A stretch of 50,306 nt of DNA, counting the filler, from an uncultured Candidatus Peribacteria bacterium (lineage in GTDB: Bacteria; Patescibacteriota; Gracilibacteria; RBG-16-42-10): the NCBI GenBank assembly GCA_964514565.1. It is 2 parts of 2 records of this genome, joined end to end, with 100 filler letters (N's around TTAATTAATTAA, not from the genome) between each part and the next. Parts side by side here need not be neighbours in the genome. Positions count along the whole stretch, not along the records: positions 25,087 to 50,306 come from CAZERA010000003.1; 1 more part is not named here. The stretch is one strand, 5' to 3'. A program made the position numbers and the translations under genes. A model generated the notes under the pieces. The model saw only the letters and a list, made by a program, of their open reading frames with translations, did not search any database and had not been told where the DNA came from. Of the stretch, positions 29,964-40,100 are shown piece after piece; position 1 is the stretch's first letter, and each line of letters begins with the position of its first letter.

Positions 29964-30509
29964 TTATAGAGTATGGTTGTTCATAACGGTGCGGGCTTCG
30001 ATGGCGTGGTTGTCGTCGAGGATTTTTTCGATGGCGTCGGATTGTAGGGTTGTAGCTGGGATAGCTAGGAGGATTTTTCCTGTGCCTACGTATTGTTGGT
30101 AGGTTTTGGCTTCGTCTTCTGAGAAGCCTAGTCCTAGTAGTGCTCCTAGGAGTCCGCCTGCGGCTGCTCCAGTGATGGTACCTGCAGCGGCTGAGGCAGC
30201 TGCGCCGGTGAGTCCTAGTGCTACTGCCAATGGTCCTGCGATGAAGAGAGCGCCTAGGCCTGGTACTGTAATCGCTGTGAGGCCCATTACTAGTCCTGCC
30301 AGTCCTCCGACGATGCTGCCGGTTGCTGCTCCTGCTGCAGTATCACCAGCGACAGTTGCTCCCGTGTTGGTAGCTACTACTTTTGCTTCAGTACTGTCTT
30401 TCATGACGATAGAGATATCTTTTGGTTGATAGCCGCTTTTCTGTAAATCATTGATTGCTGCTTCAGCATCTGCATGCGTCGCAAAAATAGCCAGTATGGT
30501 TTTATTCAT
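29964..30509 (-). CDS. General stress protein (YflT-like N-terminus, glycine-zipper TM)
   Basis: AEAAINDLQKSGY..DISIV; GAATGSIVGGLAG...IAGPL. Confidence 0.8.
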   Translation of the reverse strand: MNKTILAIFATHADAEAAINDLQKSGYQPKDISIVMKDSTEAKVVATNTGATVAGDTAAGAATGSIVGGLAGLVMGLTAITVPGLGALFIAGPLAVALGLTGAAASAAAGTITGAAAGGLLGALLGLGFSEDEAKTYQQYVGTGKILLAIPATTLQSDAIEKILDDNHAIEARTVMNNHTL

Positions 30510-30564
30510 AGAGTTTAAGTTAAATTAAAGAACCCGATATGTGCTTGTGTGAAGGGACAAGAAA

Positions 30565-30897
30565 CTAAGCGAGATTGATCAAAAGTGAATTGATCACTGA
30601 GAGTACAACTGCAAACAATAATGCTGCCAAGAATCCATCAACTTGAAATTCTGGTACAAGACTAGCAACAAGCATGATGATTACTGCATTGATTACCAAG
30701 GTAAATAATCCCAGAGTAAGGATATTGACTGGCAATGTAAGTAACAATAACAAAGGCTTGATGACAGCGTTGAGGATACCAAGCACCAGGGCTGTAATTA
30801 GTGCTGTAGTAAAATTAGGCACTCTAATACCTGGGATGATATAAGCAGAGATGATGATAGCTACAGCGCTAACGAGCCAGTTGATTAGAATAGACAT
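30565..30897 (-). CDS. YvlD-like 'phage holin family' membrane protein
   Basis: NAVIKPLLLLLTLPVNILTLGLFTLVINA. Confidence 0.9.
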   Translation of the reverse strand: MSILINWLVSAVAIIISAYIIPGIRVPNFTTALITALVLGILNAVIKPLLLLLTLPVNILTLGLFTLVINAVIIMLVASLVPEFQVDGFLAALLFAVVLSVINSLLINLA

Positions 30898-30976
30898 ATA
30901 ATTTTAGTTAGCAATTTACAAGTGACAATTAACAATTGAGGTGAGATCAAAGTTGAAGGTGGATTTTTCTGTATTA

Positions 30977-31030
30977 AACCTCTGCTCTCTGATCTCTTTA
31001 TCCCGCATATGCGGGACGCGCCTCTGACCT
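30977..31030 (+). repeat. Family A heptamer repeat with hairpin
   Basis: aacctctgctctctgatctctttaTCCCGCatatGCGGGAcgcgcctctgacct. Confidence 0.8.
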
Positions 31031-31033
31031 AAT

Positions 31034-31183
31034 CTAGTTGGTTCTTACTCCGAAGATACGGAATACTAAACCAATCAATGCTAGCACAAGGAGAATGTGA
31101 ATCAGTCCACCGCCAATTTGGAAAGCGAATCCGCCTAACCATGAGATGACGAGGAGGACGAGGATAATATCTAGGATGCCCAT
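31034..31183 (-). CDS. lmo0937-family small membrane protein (49 aa, absent from ORF track)
   Basis: MGILDIILVLLVISWLGGFAFQIGGGLIHILLVLALIGLVFRIFGVRTN. Confidence 0.88.
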   Translation of the reverse strand: MGILDIILVLLVISWLGGFAFQIGGGLIHILLVLALIGLVFRIFGVRTN

Positions 31184-31216
31184 ATAGTTGGAGTTTAAGA
31201 AATAGTTTTAGTAATA

Positions 31217-31663
31217 CTAAGCAATATCTGCTTTGAAATCTTCCCATTCACCTTTGATTTTGTCAGTCATTGCTTTGACTTTGTCTTTTGCCCATTTGCC
31301 ATCTTTAGCTGCAGTATCAACGATTTCGTCGACGAGTTTTTCGAAGTTGGCTTGGGTTGCCTTCTTCTTTGCCTTGAGATCATCAAGACCAGCTAAGATA
31401 TTGCCACGAATCTCAACATACGCTTGTTCAAGATCATCACTGACTTTGCCAAACATATCGGTGAGAGTCTTTTGGACATCTTCACGCTTGTGTTTGAAAC
31501 CTGCTGCTAATTCTTCAGCCTTTTTACGAATGTCATCGCGTGTCTTCTCGCCCTTTTGAGGAGCGAAGGCAAGACCTAGTCCAGCACCGATTGCTGCAGC
31601 GACGGCGATTCCCAATGCACCTAAAGCTAAACCATTTGAACCATGATCATTTGAGTGACTCAT
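31217..31663 (-). CDS. YtxH-domain protein
   Basis: GAGLGLAFAPQKGEKTRDDI; ATG 31663. Confidence 0.88.
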   Translation of the reverse strand: MSHSNDHGSNGLALGALGIAVAAAIGAGLGLAFAPQKGEKTRDDIRKKAEELAAGFKHKREDVQKTLTDMFGKVSDDLEQAYVEIRGNILAGLDDLKAKKKATQANFEKLVDEIVDTAAKDGKWAKDKVKAMTDKIKGEWEDFKADIA

Positions 31664-31917
31664 ATAATGTTTGTTAAGGTCGACTTTTACGCTAGTCCTA
31701 AAAAAAGAGTTTTTCAACCCATAGGCTCAAAACTGGGCTTGCTTAGTTTTTTGTAATGGTTCTTAATGTTAATTGATAATAAGTATTTAAAATGTCAATG
31801 TTTGGCTAGCGAAAAATGAATTGTCAGTTATTGCTCAGTTGATCTGATGAAGTAATGGTTGTATTTAAAAATGACTCGGTGTATGACATGGCTAGTTTCA
31901 ATTTTACCTACTTTTTT

Positions 31918-33405
31918 ATGTCGCAAGAAAACATGTCACTGTGGGAAGAAACTAAACCAATTAATTTGGATAATTTAGAAAAAAATGAAGCCGCTGATGT
32001 TTGTATTATTGGTGGTGGAATAGCAGGGCTGAGTGTAGCTTATGAATTGTTACAAAAAGGGAAATCAGTAGTGGTGGTAGAAGGAAAAGAAATTGGTGCT
32101 GGTGAGACAGGTCGTACTACTGCCCACCTTTCAAATGCGCTGGATGAAGGATTTGTGAAGTTACAAAAAATGTTTGGTGTAGCTGGTGCAAAACTAGCAG
32201 CGCAAAGTCATACTGCAGCGATAGATTGGATTGAAAGGATTGTGCAAACAGAGAAAATTGACTGTGATTTTGAACGTGTAGGCGGCTATTTACTTGGTAC
32301 TAATACTGGTGCGCTGGAAGCTGAATTAGAAGCTGCTCATGAATCAGGACTAGTAGATGTTTTGTTTGAAAAAGAGTCACCGATTGATCCGAAAAGTGCC
32401 TCCTTGTTTTTTCCACAGCAGGCACAATTTCATCCTCAGAAATATCTCAATGGACTAGCTGCAGCAATCATTAAAAAAGGAGGCAAGATTTATACCAATA
32501 CCTTTGTAAAAGATGTACAAGAAAAAGAAGCTGTAGTCGTTACAACCAAAGACGATATAACGATTACTTGTCAGTCTGCTGTAGTAGCTACCAATACACC
32601 ATTTCTCAATACGTTTGCTATTCATACCAAACAAGCTGCCTACCGTTCGTATGTGCTTGGTCTCAGTATTCCTCAAGGTTCAGTCTCAAAGGCCCTTTAT
32701 TGGGATACTGAGGATCCCTATCACTATGTTCGAGTTTGTAATGGTGACCATGAAGATGTGTTGTTGGTAGGTGGTGAAGATCACAAGACAGGTCAAGCTA
32801 ATAATGCTGACCAACGTTTTGATCATTTATTAACATGGGCCAAGCAAAAGTTTCCCATGGCTGGCGAAATTAAATTTTCTTGGTCTGGTCAGGTGATGGA
32901 ACCGATTGATGGTCTGGCATTTATTGGGCTCAATCCCGGTAACAAATATGTGTATATCGTCACGGGAGACTCAGGTCATGGTTTAACCCACGGTACTATT
33001 GCTGGCATGTTGATTAGTGATTTAATTGTGGGTACGGAAAATACTTGGGAAAAACTCTATGATCCAAGTCGCAAAAATGTGCATGCCTTTGGCCAGTTCT
33101 TTAAAGAAAGCTGTAATGTTGCTTTGCAATATACAAAGTTGGTAAGTAAGGGCGATGTACAGTCAGAAAGTGAAATTAAACCTGGCTCCGGTGCTATCAT
33201 CAAAAAAGGTTTAAAGAAAATAGCTACGTACAAAGATGAGCAAGGTAATGTCCATCAGTGTTCTGCTTTATGTCCTCATTTGGGTTGTGTAGTAGCTTGG
33301 AATGGAGGAGAGAAGACTTGGGATTGTCCCTGTCATGGCTCTAGATTCACTGCTCAGGGAAAAGTACTCAATGGTCCCGCTACGCAAGATTTACCATCTT
33401 TATGA
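31918..33405 (+). CDS. FAD-dependent oxidoreductase with C-terminal Rieske domain (YhfW-like)
   Basis: IIGGGIAG, GETGRTTAH, CPHLGC...WDCPCHGSRF; start uncertain (31855-31933). Confidence 0.93.
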   Translation: MSQENMSLWEETKPINLDNLEKNEAADVCIIGGGIAGLSVAYELLQKGKSVVVVEGKEIGAGETGRTTAHLSNALDEGFVKLQKMFGVAGAKLAAQSHTAAIDWIERIVQTEKIDCDFERVGGYLLGTNTGALEAELEAAHESGLVDVLFEKESPIDPKSASLFFPQQAQFHPQKYLNGLAAAIIKKGGKIYTNTFVKDVQEKEAVVVTTKDDITITCQSAVVATNTPFLNTFAIHTKQAAYRSYVLGLSIPQGSVSKALYWDTEDPYHYVRVCNGDHEDVLLVGGEDHKTGQANNADQRFDHLLTWAKQKFPMAGEIKFSWSGQVMEPIDGLAFIGLNPGNKYVYIVTGDSGHGLTHGTIAGMLISDLIVGTENTWEKLYDPSRKNVHAFGQFFKESCNVALQYTKLVSKGDVQSESEIKPGSGAIIKKGLKKIATYKDEQGNVHQCSALCPHLGCVVAWNGGEKTWDCPCHGSRFTAQGKVLNGPATQDLPSL

Positions 33406-33839
33406 AAAATATTATCAATGAGTTTAGAAAGTTTGCTATTCGGGGCAATGTCATGGATTTAGCAATCGGGGTGATTATTGGTAGTGCTTTTAATAAAATT
33501 GTGACGTCACTAGTTGACGATATTATCATGCCGCCCTTGGGATTGGCTGTCGGTGGTTTGAGATTTAGTGATTATAAATTGGTACTTAGACCTGATGAGA
33601 TTGGTGCCACAGGACATGTCTTACAATCTGCTGTTACGCTAAATTATGGAAATTTTATTCAGATATTAGTAAATTTTTTAGTGGTTGCTTTGACTATTTT
33701 TGTGATGGTGAAAGTGCTGAATGTTTTACGTGAGAGGATGGCTCCTGAGAAAGAAAAAGTATCATCTCTGACTCCTAATACTGAAGTGGTCTTACTGACT
33801 CAAATTAGAGATTTACTAAAACCTAGGCAGTCCAAATAA
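33402..33839 (+). CDS. mscL: Large-conductance mechanosensitive channel
   Basis: EFRKFAIRGNVMDLAIGVIIG...LLTQIRDLL. Confidence 0.97.
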   Translation: MKNIINEFRKFAIRGNVMDLAIGVIIGSAFNKIVTSLVDDIIMPPLGLAVGGLRFSDYKLVLRPDEIGATGHVLQSAVTLNYGNFIQILVNFLVVALTIFVMVKVLNVLRERMAPEKEKVSSLTPNTEVVLLTQIRDLLKPRQSK

Positions 33840-34067
33840 AGTGAGGCTCCCTAGGCTTGTGAAATACAATTGTTGTCCTAGATGGTGCTGAGCTTGGCCA
33901 TGATGCTTCATGACTGTTCTGGCCGCTGCTTCTTTTGTTCGGCTGATTTATATCAGTGTAAAATTTAAGTTTTACTTAGTGATTAGTTTTGCTAGGATGG
34001 AATCCAGTAACTGTATTGTAGACAGAATTTTGCTTTTGGTTTATAGTATTCTGTTTTCTAAAAATTT

Positions 34068-34640
34068 ATGAAGCAATTGGAAATAGTTGGGCTGCAGCCA
34101 AAAAGTACTCGTGAACGCTTGGCTGCTTTGCTCATTGGTCTCAGTATAGGAGGGTGTCATCAGCGTATGGAGGCAGGTAATGAAGGCACAATATTTCAAG
34201 TAGGAGTATCACCTGCGCCGTCAGCACATGATAATATCTTGGTATATGCTACTGTCCCATCTGCTGTGCGACATCTACCGGTAGATCTAACTATTCGTGC
34301 CGGTGAAGGAAGTGTCACTAGTCGATCCAGAAATGATTTTGGTCAGGTGCTTATGGATAATTTGTGCTGCGATCCTGAAGCCCTCGCCAAGGCTGACACG
34401 CATGCTGAGCTACTACGTAACCAAGGCTGTACTAGGCAACTGAGTACGCATTCTTGTGGTGTTGGTAGCGTAGATAGTGGAATTCGGGTAGCAGATTTTA
34501 CACCACCAGAAGCTACTACTCACTGTCAACAAGTAAATTTCTTTGCTACCTATCCTATGGTTAGTCGAGGCTTAGTGTCCGCGATGGTGGGAGCTAGTGC
34601 TCATTTTACTTTGGCACCATCACAAGCTAATTCTCGCTAG
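34068..34640 (+). CDS. Putative lipoprotein, unknown function
   Basis: LAALLIGLSIGG-C lipobox-like motif. Confidence 0.55.
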   Translation: MKQLEIVGLQPKSTRERLAALLIGLSIGGCHQRMEAGNEGTIFQVGVSPAPSAHDNILVYATVPSAVRHLPVDLTIRAGEGSVTSRSRNDFGQVLMDNLCCDPEALAKADTHAELLRNQGCTRQLSTHSCGVGSVDSGIRVADFTPPEATTHCQQVNFFATYPMVSRGLVSAMVGASAHFTLAPSQANSR

Positions 34641-34707
34641 TTGTAAGGTATTTTATTTGTTTTGGAGAAAAATTAGTGCTAGGTTGATAGGACTTAAGAT
34701 CTATTTT

Positions 34708-34788
34708 ATGCGTAGAATTATTGTTGCATTGATTATCGCCGCAATCTTCGGTGGTGGATGGGGACTCCTCTACTTTATCTTCAGATAA
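34708..34788 (+). CDS. Putative 26-aa single-TM small protein
   Basis: MRRIIVALIIAAIFGGGWGLLYFIFR, followed by a hairpin. Confidence 0.45.
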   Translation: MRRIIVALIIAAIFGGGWGLLYFIFR

Positions 34789-34798
34789 AAGAGACTAC

Positions 34799-34832
34799 AG
34801 GAGGTATACCGAAGGGCATGCCTCCTATTTTC
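34799..34832 (+). terminator. Probable terminator hairpin
   Basis: aggaggtatacc-gaag-ggcatgcctcct-atttt. Confidence 0.55.
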
Positions 34833-34872
34833 CTAAACAATTTAGATTTTTAAATTTTAAAATTTTCACGTT

Positions 34873-35472
34873 ATGATTAAGCTCTATGGGCCAAGAATGG
34901 GATCAGCACTTCGTAATCACTGGCTGCTCTGTGAGGTAGATGTGCCTTACGAACATGTTTCAGTCGATTTCAAAACTCGCGAACACAAAGGTGAGGCATT
35001 TTTGGCACTCAATCCAAATGGCCAAGTGCCGGTAATGGTTGAAGATGATTTTGTATTACCAGAATCATTGGCTATCAATGATTATTTAGCGGAAAAATAT
35101 GCTCCTCAATTGCTTGGTACCAACCCTCGTGATTGCGCTACTATTTGGCAATGGAGTTTGTGGGCAACTTATACCATGCAAAAGTATCTCGGTGAGATCT
35201 TTGGTCAAAAAATTGCTGGCACCAATGACGAAAAAGTAATTGCTGCAGCAAAAGAAAACTTAGCCAAATACTTAGTGATTCTGAACGACCGTTTATTAGG
35301 TCGTGAGTTTCTAGTCGGTGACCAATTCTCAGTAGCTGACATCAATGTCGGTAGCACTTTGACGTATGCTTTCTCAATCGATTTTAGTTACGCAGATTAT
35401 CCAGAAATTACCCGTTACCTACACGCAATCACCCAACGACCAGGCTACCGCAAAGCCCGCGCCGAAGACTAA
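34873..35472 (+). CDS. Glutathione S-transferase family protein
   Basis: LNPNGQVP, ESLAINDYL, GDQFSVADI. Confidence 0.92.
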   Translation: MIKLYGPRMGSALRNHWLLCEVDVPYEHVSVDFKTREHKGEAFLALNPNGQVPVMVEDDFVLPESLAINDYLAEKYAPQLLGTNPRDCATIWQWSLWATYTMQKYLGEIFGQKIAGTNDEKVIAAAKENLAKYLVILNDRLLGREFLVGDQFSVADINVGSTLTYAFSIDFSYADYPEITRYLHAITQRPGYRKARAED

Positions 35473-35474
35473 GA

Positions 35475-35506
35475 AACCTCTGCCCTTTGACCTCGTATCT
35501 CTGACC
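35475..35506 (+). repeat. Family A heptamer repeat copy
   Basis: aacctct gcccttt gacctcg tatctct gacc. Confidence 0.7.
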
Positions 35507-35515
35507 AAATTTCCT

Positions 35516-36421
35516 ATGTCTGCTGTTGTCATTCAAAACTTATCCAAAACGTACAAAACTGGCCATCAGGCTTTGAAGAATGTTTCATTCACTATTGAGC
35601 AAGGAGATTTCTTTGCTCTCCTAGGACCAAATGGAGCTGGTAAGACTACTATTATCGGTATTCTGACAGGCTTGGTAAATAAAACTGAAGGTAAAGCGAC
35701 TGTATTTGGCTTTGATCTAGATACTCAACTTGATCAAGTGAAACAGTGCATCGGTGTCGTTCCTCAAGAGTTTAATTTTAGTATTTTTGAAAAGGTGTTT
35801 GATATCGTAGTTGCTCAGGCTGGGTACTACGGTATTCCTCGTAAAGTAGCTGAAGAGCGTACTGAAGAAGTACTCAAGGCTTTGGAATTGTGGGACAAGA
35901 AAAATGTCGTAGCGAGGGCTTTATCTGGTGGTATGAAACGGAGACTCATGATCGCTCGGGCTTTGATTCATAAACCAAAACTTCTGATTTTGGATGAACC
36001 AACCGCTGGGGTAGATGTAGAGCTTCGTCATGGTATGTGGGATTATCTTCAAAAGCTAAACGAACAAGGAACAACTATTTTACTTACTACACACTACCTG
36101 GAAGAAGTAGAACAACTCTGTCGCAATGTGGCCGTGATCAAACAAGGTGAATTGATCAAACTGGATAGTGTCAGAAATGTTTTGAGTTCTTTAGAGAAAC
36201 AAACATTTCACGTCTCTATTGTTCCCACTACAAAAAAGATTGATTTGCCTGACTACGCTGTAAGAGTCGTTGATGAAGCGAGTCTGGAAATTGACCTTAC
36301 TGCTAAGCAGTCTGTGTCTGCTTTGATTAGAGCATTGGACACACTCGGTGTGGAAGTGAAAGACTTGCGAGCTAAAGGTAATCGGTTGGAAAATTTCTTT
36401 TTAGATTTAGTAAAAAACTAA
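35516..36421 (+). CDS. ABC-2 transporter ATP-binding protein (YadG-like)
   Basis: GPNGAGKT, LSGGMKRR, ILDEPT; ATG 35516. Confidence 0.93.
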   Translation: MSAVVIQNLSKTYKTGHQALKNVSFTIEQGDFFALLGPNGAGKTTIIGILTGLVNKTEGKATVFGFDLDTQLDQVKQCIGVVPQEFNFSIFEKVFDIVVAQAGYYGIPRKVAEERTEEVLKALELWDKKNVVARALSGGMKRRLMIARALIHKPKLLILDEPTAGVDVELRHGMWDYLQKLNEQGTTILLTTHYLEEVEQLCRNVAVIKQGELIKLDSVRNVLSSLEKQTFHVSIVPTTKKIDLPDYAVRVVDEASLEIDLTAKQSVSALIRALDTLGVEVKDLRAKGNRLENFFLDLVKN

Positions 36422-36424
36422 TAT

Positions 36425-37198
36425 ATGAATGCAGCAGGTAATTGGGTCGCTTTTTCTACTATTGTTCGCAAAGAAGTCACACGTTTTTTGAGAATTTGGC
36501 CACAGACATTGCTTCCTCCAGTAATCAATCAAGCTTTGTACTTTGTGATCTTTGGTAGCTTTATTGGTTCTCGAGTAGGAGACATTGGTGGTGTTCCTTA
36601 TATGGCTTTCATCGTGCCAGGTTTGGTGATGATGGCTGTGATCAATAGTGCTTTTGCCAATGTAGTTAGCTCATTCTTTGGATCTAAATTTCAAAAGAAT
36701 ATAGAAGAATTGATGGTTTCGCCCACACCTAATTATGTGATTGTGGGAGGTTATGTAGTCGGTGGTATGCTGCGTGGTATTTTAGTGGGACTGATTGTAT
36801 TGGCTATCTCTATTTTCTTCACAGCGCCAATTATTACTTATCCACTGATTGTATTTATATTCATTACCTTGACTTCATTGGTGTTTGCCTTGGGTGGATT
36901 AACTAACGCCATCTTCGCTACCAAATTCGATGATGTTAGTGTCTTTACTACCTTTGTACTCACACCACTTTCTTACCTTGGTGGTGTGTTCTACTCGATC
37001 AAGAGCTTGCCTGATCCTTGGCAAACTCTTGCTCGAGCCAACCCTATTTTGTATTTAATCGATGGTTTCCGTTATGGATTCTATGGTGTGTCCGATGTGT
37101 CTATTTATACAAGTCTTGGTGTGCTTGTGCTGATGACGGTGATTTTGATTTGGTACAATATGCATCTTTTGAACAAAGGTGTGGGTATGAAAAGCTAA
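36425..37198 (+). CDS. ABC-2 permease (YadH-like)
   Basis: KEVTRFLRIWPQTLLPP, FIVPGL, PLSYLGGVFYS. Confidence 0.93.
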   Translation: MNAAGNWVAFSTIVRKEVTRFLRIWPQTLLPPVINQALYFVIFGSFIGSRVGDIGGVPYMAFIVPGLVMMAVINSAFANVVSSFFGSKFQKNIEELMVSPTPNYVIVGGYVVGGMLRGILVGLIVLAISIFFTAPIITYPLIVFIFITLTSLVFALGGLTNAIFATKFDDVSVFTTFVLTPLSYLGGVFYSIKSLPDPWQTLARANPILYLIDGFRYGFYGVSDVSIYTSLGVLVLMTVILIWYNMHLLNKGVGMKS

Positions 37199-40100
37199 CC
37201 AGTAATAGTGATATTCTTGAGATAGCTAATATATCGACTGAGCACCTGCAGCATGGTATCTCGATAGATTGGTTTATTTTGAGGGAAGCTACCACTTTCC
37301 AAGTTAACTAAACCAAGTCTAACTGCATATTCAGCATATTGGCGGAATGATTCGTCAGTAATACCTGTGAAGCTGGCGGTATAAGTGATGGCTGGACTGT
37401 GTTGGTGGAAGTAGAAACCACTACCAAGCAAGATCTTGCTCATTTCTGCGTAAGTCACTGCTTGATTAGGATAAAACTTACCGTCCTTGCCGTTTACAAT
37501 GCCTAGTGCTTGGGCAGTACCAATAATGAGTGACATTTCTGAGTTGTCATGAGGTACGTCACTAAAGGCTGTATTCTTATGGAGTTGATCAGTCTGTAAA
37601 CAGTTGGATTGTAAGGCGATTTTGGTCAGCTCAAAGCGGGTGAGTGCTTTGCCGAGGCCGTACGTTTGAGCATTGTAGCCTTGGATCAACCGAGTATTAG
37701 TACCACGATTCAGAATACTAGTTAAAAACTGTGCTTTAGTTTGATCAGTAGTTACTTGGACATCAGAGAAACTAAGTGCAGCAATGCCATTTGTTTGTAA
37801 GCACATAACTGGATCCTCGGTCGGTGCAGGAGGTACTGAAGGTTGCACTACTTGAGCTTGTTTGGTGCTTGATCTAGCAGGTGAATCATTGCCAGTGTAA
37901 CGCCAACCGCTACTGCCGCTACTACTACTGCCACCATTTATTACTGTAATACCGGGAGGTGAAATAATACCGCCTCCACTGTTGCCTGGATGCGATGTGC
38001 TGCTTGGTGAGGGAGTTGGGGTACTAGTGACTGATGGGGTAGGACTAGGAGTAGGTGATGGAGTGCTTGTCACCGTAGGAGTTGGGCTTGGAGACGGAGT
38101 GATTGGTACAACGTTGGCAGAGCTAGAGTTATTGCCTGGTACTGGATCTGAAGTCACACTAAATACCGTAGCTGTATTGATGATAGTACTTGAGGTATCT
38201 GTAATGGTAACGGTAATAGACATTACTGCTGAACTACTTGGTGCAAGTGTACCGATGCTCCACATGCTAGCGACAAGTGTGCCGACACTCAGTGAAGCAC
38301 TTTCAAAATGAACACCACTTGGCAATGTATCCATGACAATTACGCCATTACTAGCAGTGACGATAGAATTATTGGTAACGGTAACTTCATAAACAATAGT
38401 GCCTCCGAGCTGTGGATCAGGTGCTGTCGCTGTTTTGGTGATGCTTAAATCAGCTGATGGCGTTGGTGGAGGAGTACTGGGTGTAAATGAAGCCGTGCTA
38501 GAATTATTGATTGAGACTGGATCAAAGCTACCGCTGCTAACAGTCGCAGTATTATTAATAGCGCGTGAGTCATCGTTGATAGTAGTAGTGATGGTCAGCG
38601 TAGCTGTAGCACTAGGAGTCATGCTGCCGATTGCCCATGTGCTCAAGGTGTCGTTGTAGGTGCCAGTAGTAGCAGTTTGTGTAACATAAGTAACACCACT
38701 TGGCAGCATGTCGTTTACTGTGACGCCTGTAGCTGTGGCGACAGCTGAAGTATTGGTAACAACAATTGTATATGTTGCTGTGCTGCCCAAAAGCTGAGTA
38801 GTGGCGTCGACTGTTTTTGTGATACTCAAATCGGTGGCAGTCGATGGTGGTGCTCCCGTTGGAGTAAATGAAACAGTATCGGAGTTGTTGCCAGGTGTAG
38901 GGTCAGTAGTAGTAGAGGTGACTGATGCTGTATTGAATATTTCGCTGGAGCTGTCGTTGATAGTAGCGGTAATGGTGAGCTCTTCTGTGGTACCTGCCCC
39001 CATACTGCCAATGCTCCAAGTACTAGTAATGTCATTATAAGATCCACTAGTGGCTGATTGGCTGACATAGGTCAATGCACTAGGCAACATATCAGTTACT
39101 TCTACGTCTGTAGCTATAGTAGTAAGAGATTGATTATTGACTGAGATAGTGTAGGTAACTGTACTGCCTAATGACGGGCCTGATGGACTGGTAGTTACCG
39201 ATTTAGTAATAAGCATATCCGTATCGGTAGGTGGAGGTGGTGGTGTGGTTGGTGTAGTGCTGACAGTACTTGAATCGTTGGTATTTGAAGGATCAAAAGT
39301 GGAACTAGTGACTGTAGCAGTATTGTAAATTTTAGCTGAATCATCAGTGATAGTAACATCTAAGGACAATGTACTAGTACTGCCCGGAGTGATATCACCG
39401 ATTGCCCATTCACCAGTACCAGGTACATAAGTACCTAAGCTAGCTGATTGTCCTGTATAGTTCACACTCGAAGGTAATAAGTCTGTTACTACCACTCCAG
39501 TTGCTGTGGCTACCCCAGAGTTATTGGTGACTGAAATTGTGTAAGTAATTGTATTGCCTAGCTGTGGGTCAGGAGCAACAGCAGTTTTTGTGATTTCTAA
39601 ATCAGCGCTCACCGTTGGTGGTGGTGCCGTGGGGGAGATATCGACTGAGTCTGTATTATCAGTGGCGTTGAGTTCAACAGTATCTGATGTTACTGAAGCT
39701 GTATTGGTAATAGTGCTTCCTGATACATCGTTGATTACTGCATCGATAGTCAGCGTCTCACTACTATTTCCAGCCATATCGCCAATCACCCAATCACCGC
39801 TTCCGGATGAGTAAGATCCTACACTGGCATTCTGGGCCAAATAGCCAAGTGAAGCTGGCAACATATCTGTTACTACTACATTGGTGGCGCTAGAAGTGTT
39901 GGTGACTGTGATGGTATAGGTCACTGTATCTCCCAGTGCAGTACTAGGTGCTGAAACTGTTTTGGTAATAGTCAGATCTGTAGTGGGGGGGGGGGGGCCA
40001 TATAGACCAACATCGATATCTGTGTTGAAGTGATCGAGTTGGAAGAAAAAGTTGTCCGTGCGATATTCGGTACCAGAAGGCAGTGCACTTGTAATATCAC

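Noticed and set aside
30565..30897. Holin as prophage evidence
   Set aside because: YvlD-like family is usually chromosomal; no phage genes nearby
31029..31247. 72-aa minus-strand ORF
   Set aside because: Wrong frame; the real gene is the lmo0937-like 31034-31183
33880..33950. Possible fluoride riboswitch (GATGG...ATGATG)
   Set aside because: Pairing and pseudoknot do not fit, and no fluoride-related gene follows
35366..35515. N-terminal extension of the ABC ATPase
   Set aside because: Overlaps GST and a repeat; the domain starts at ATG 35516
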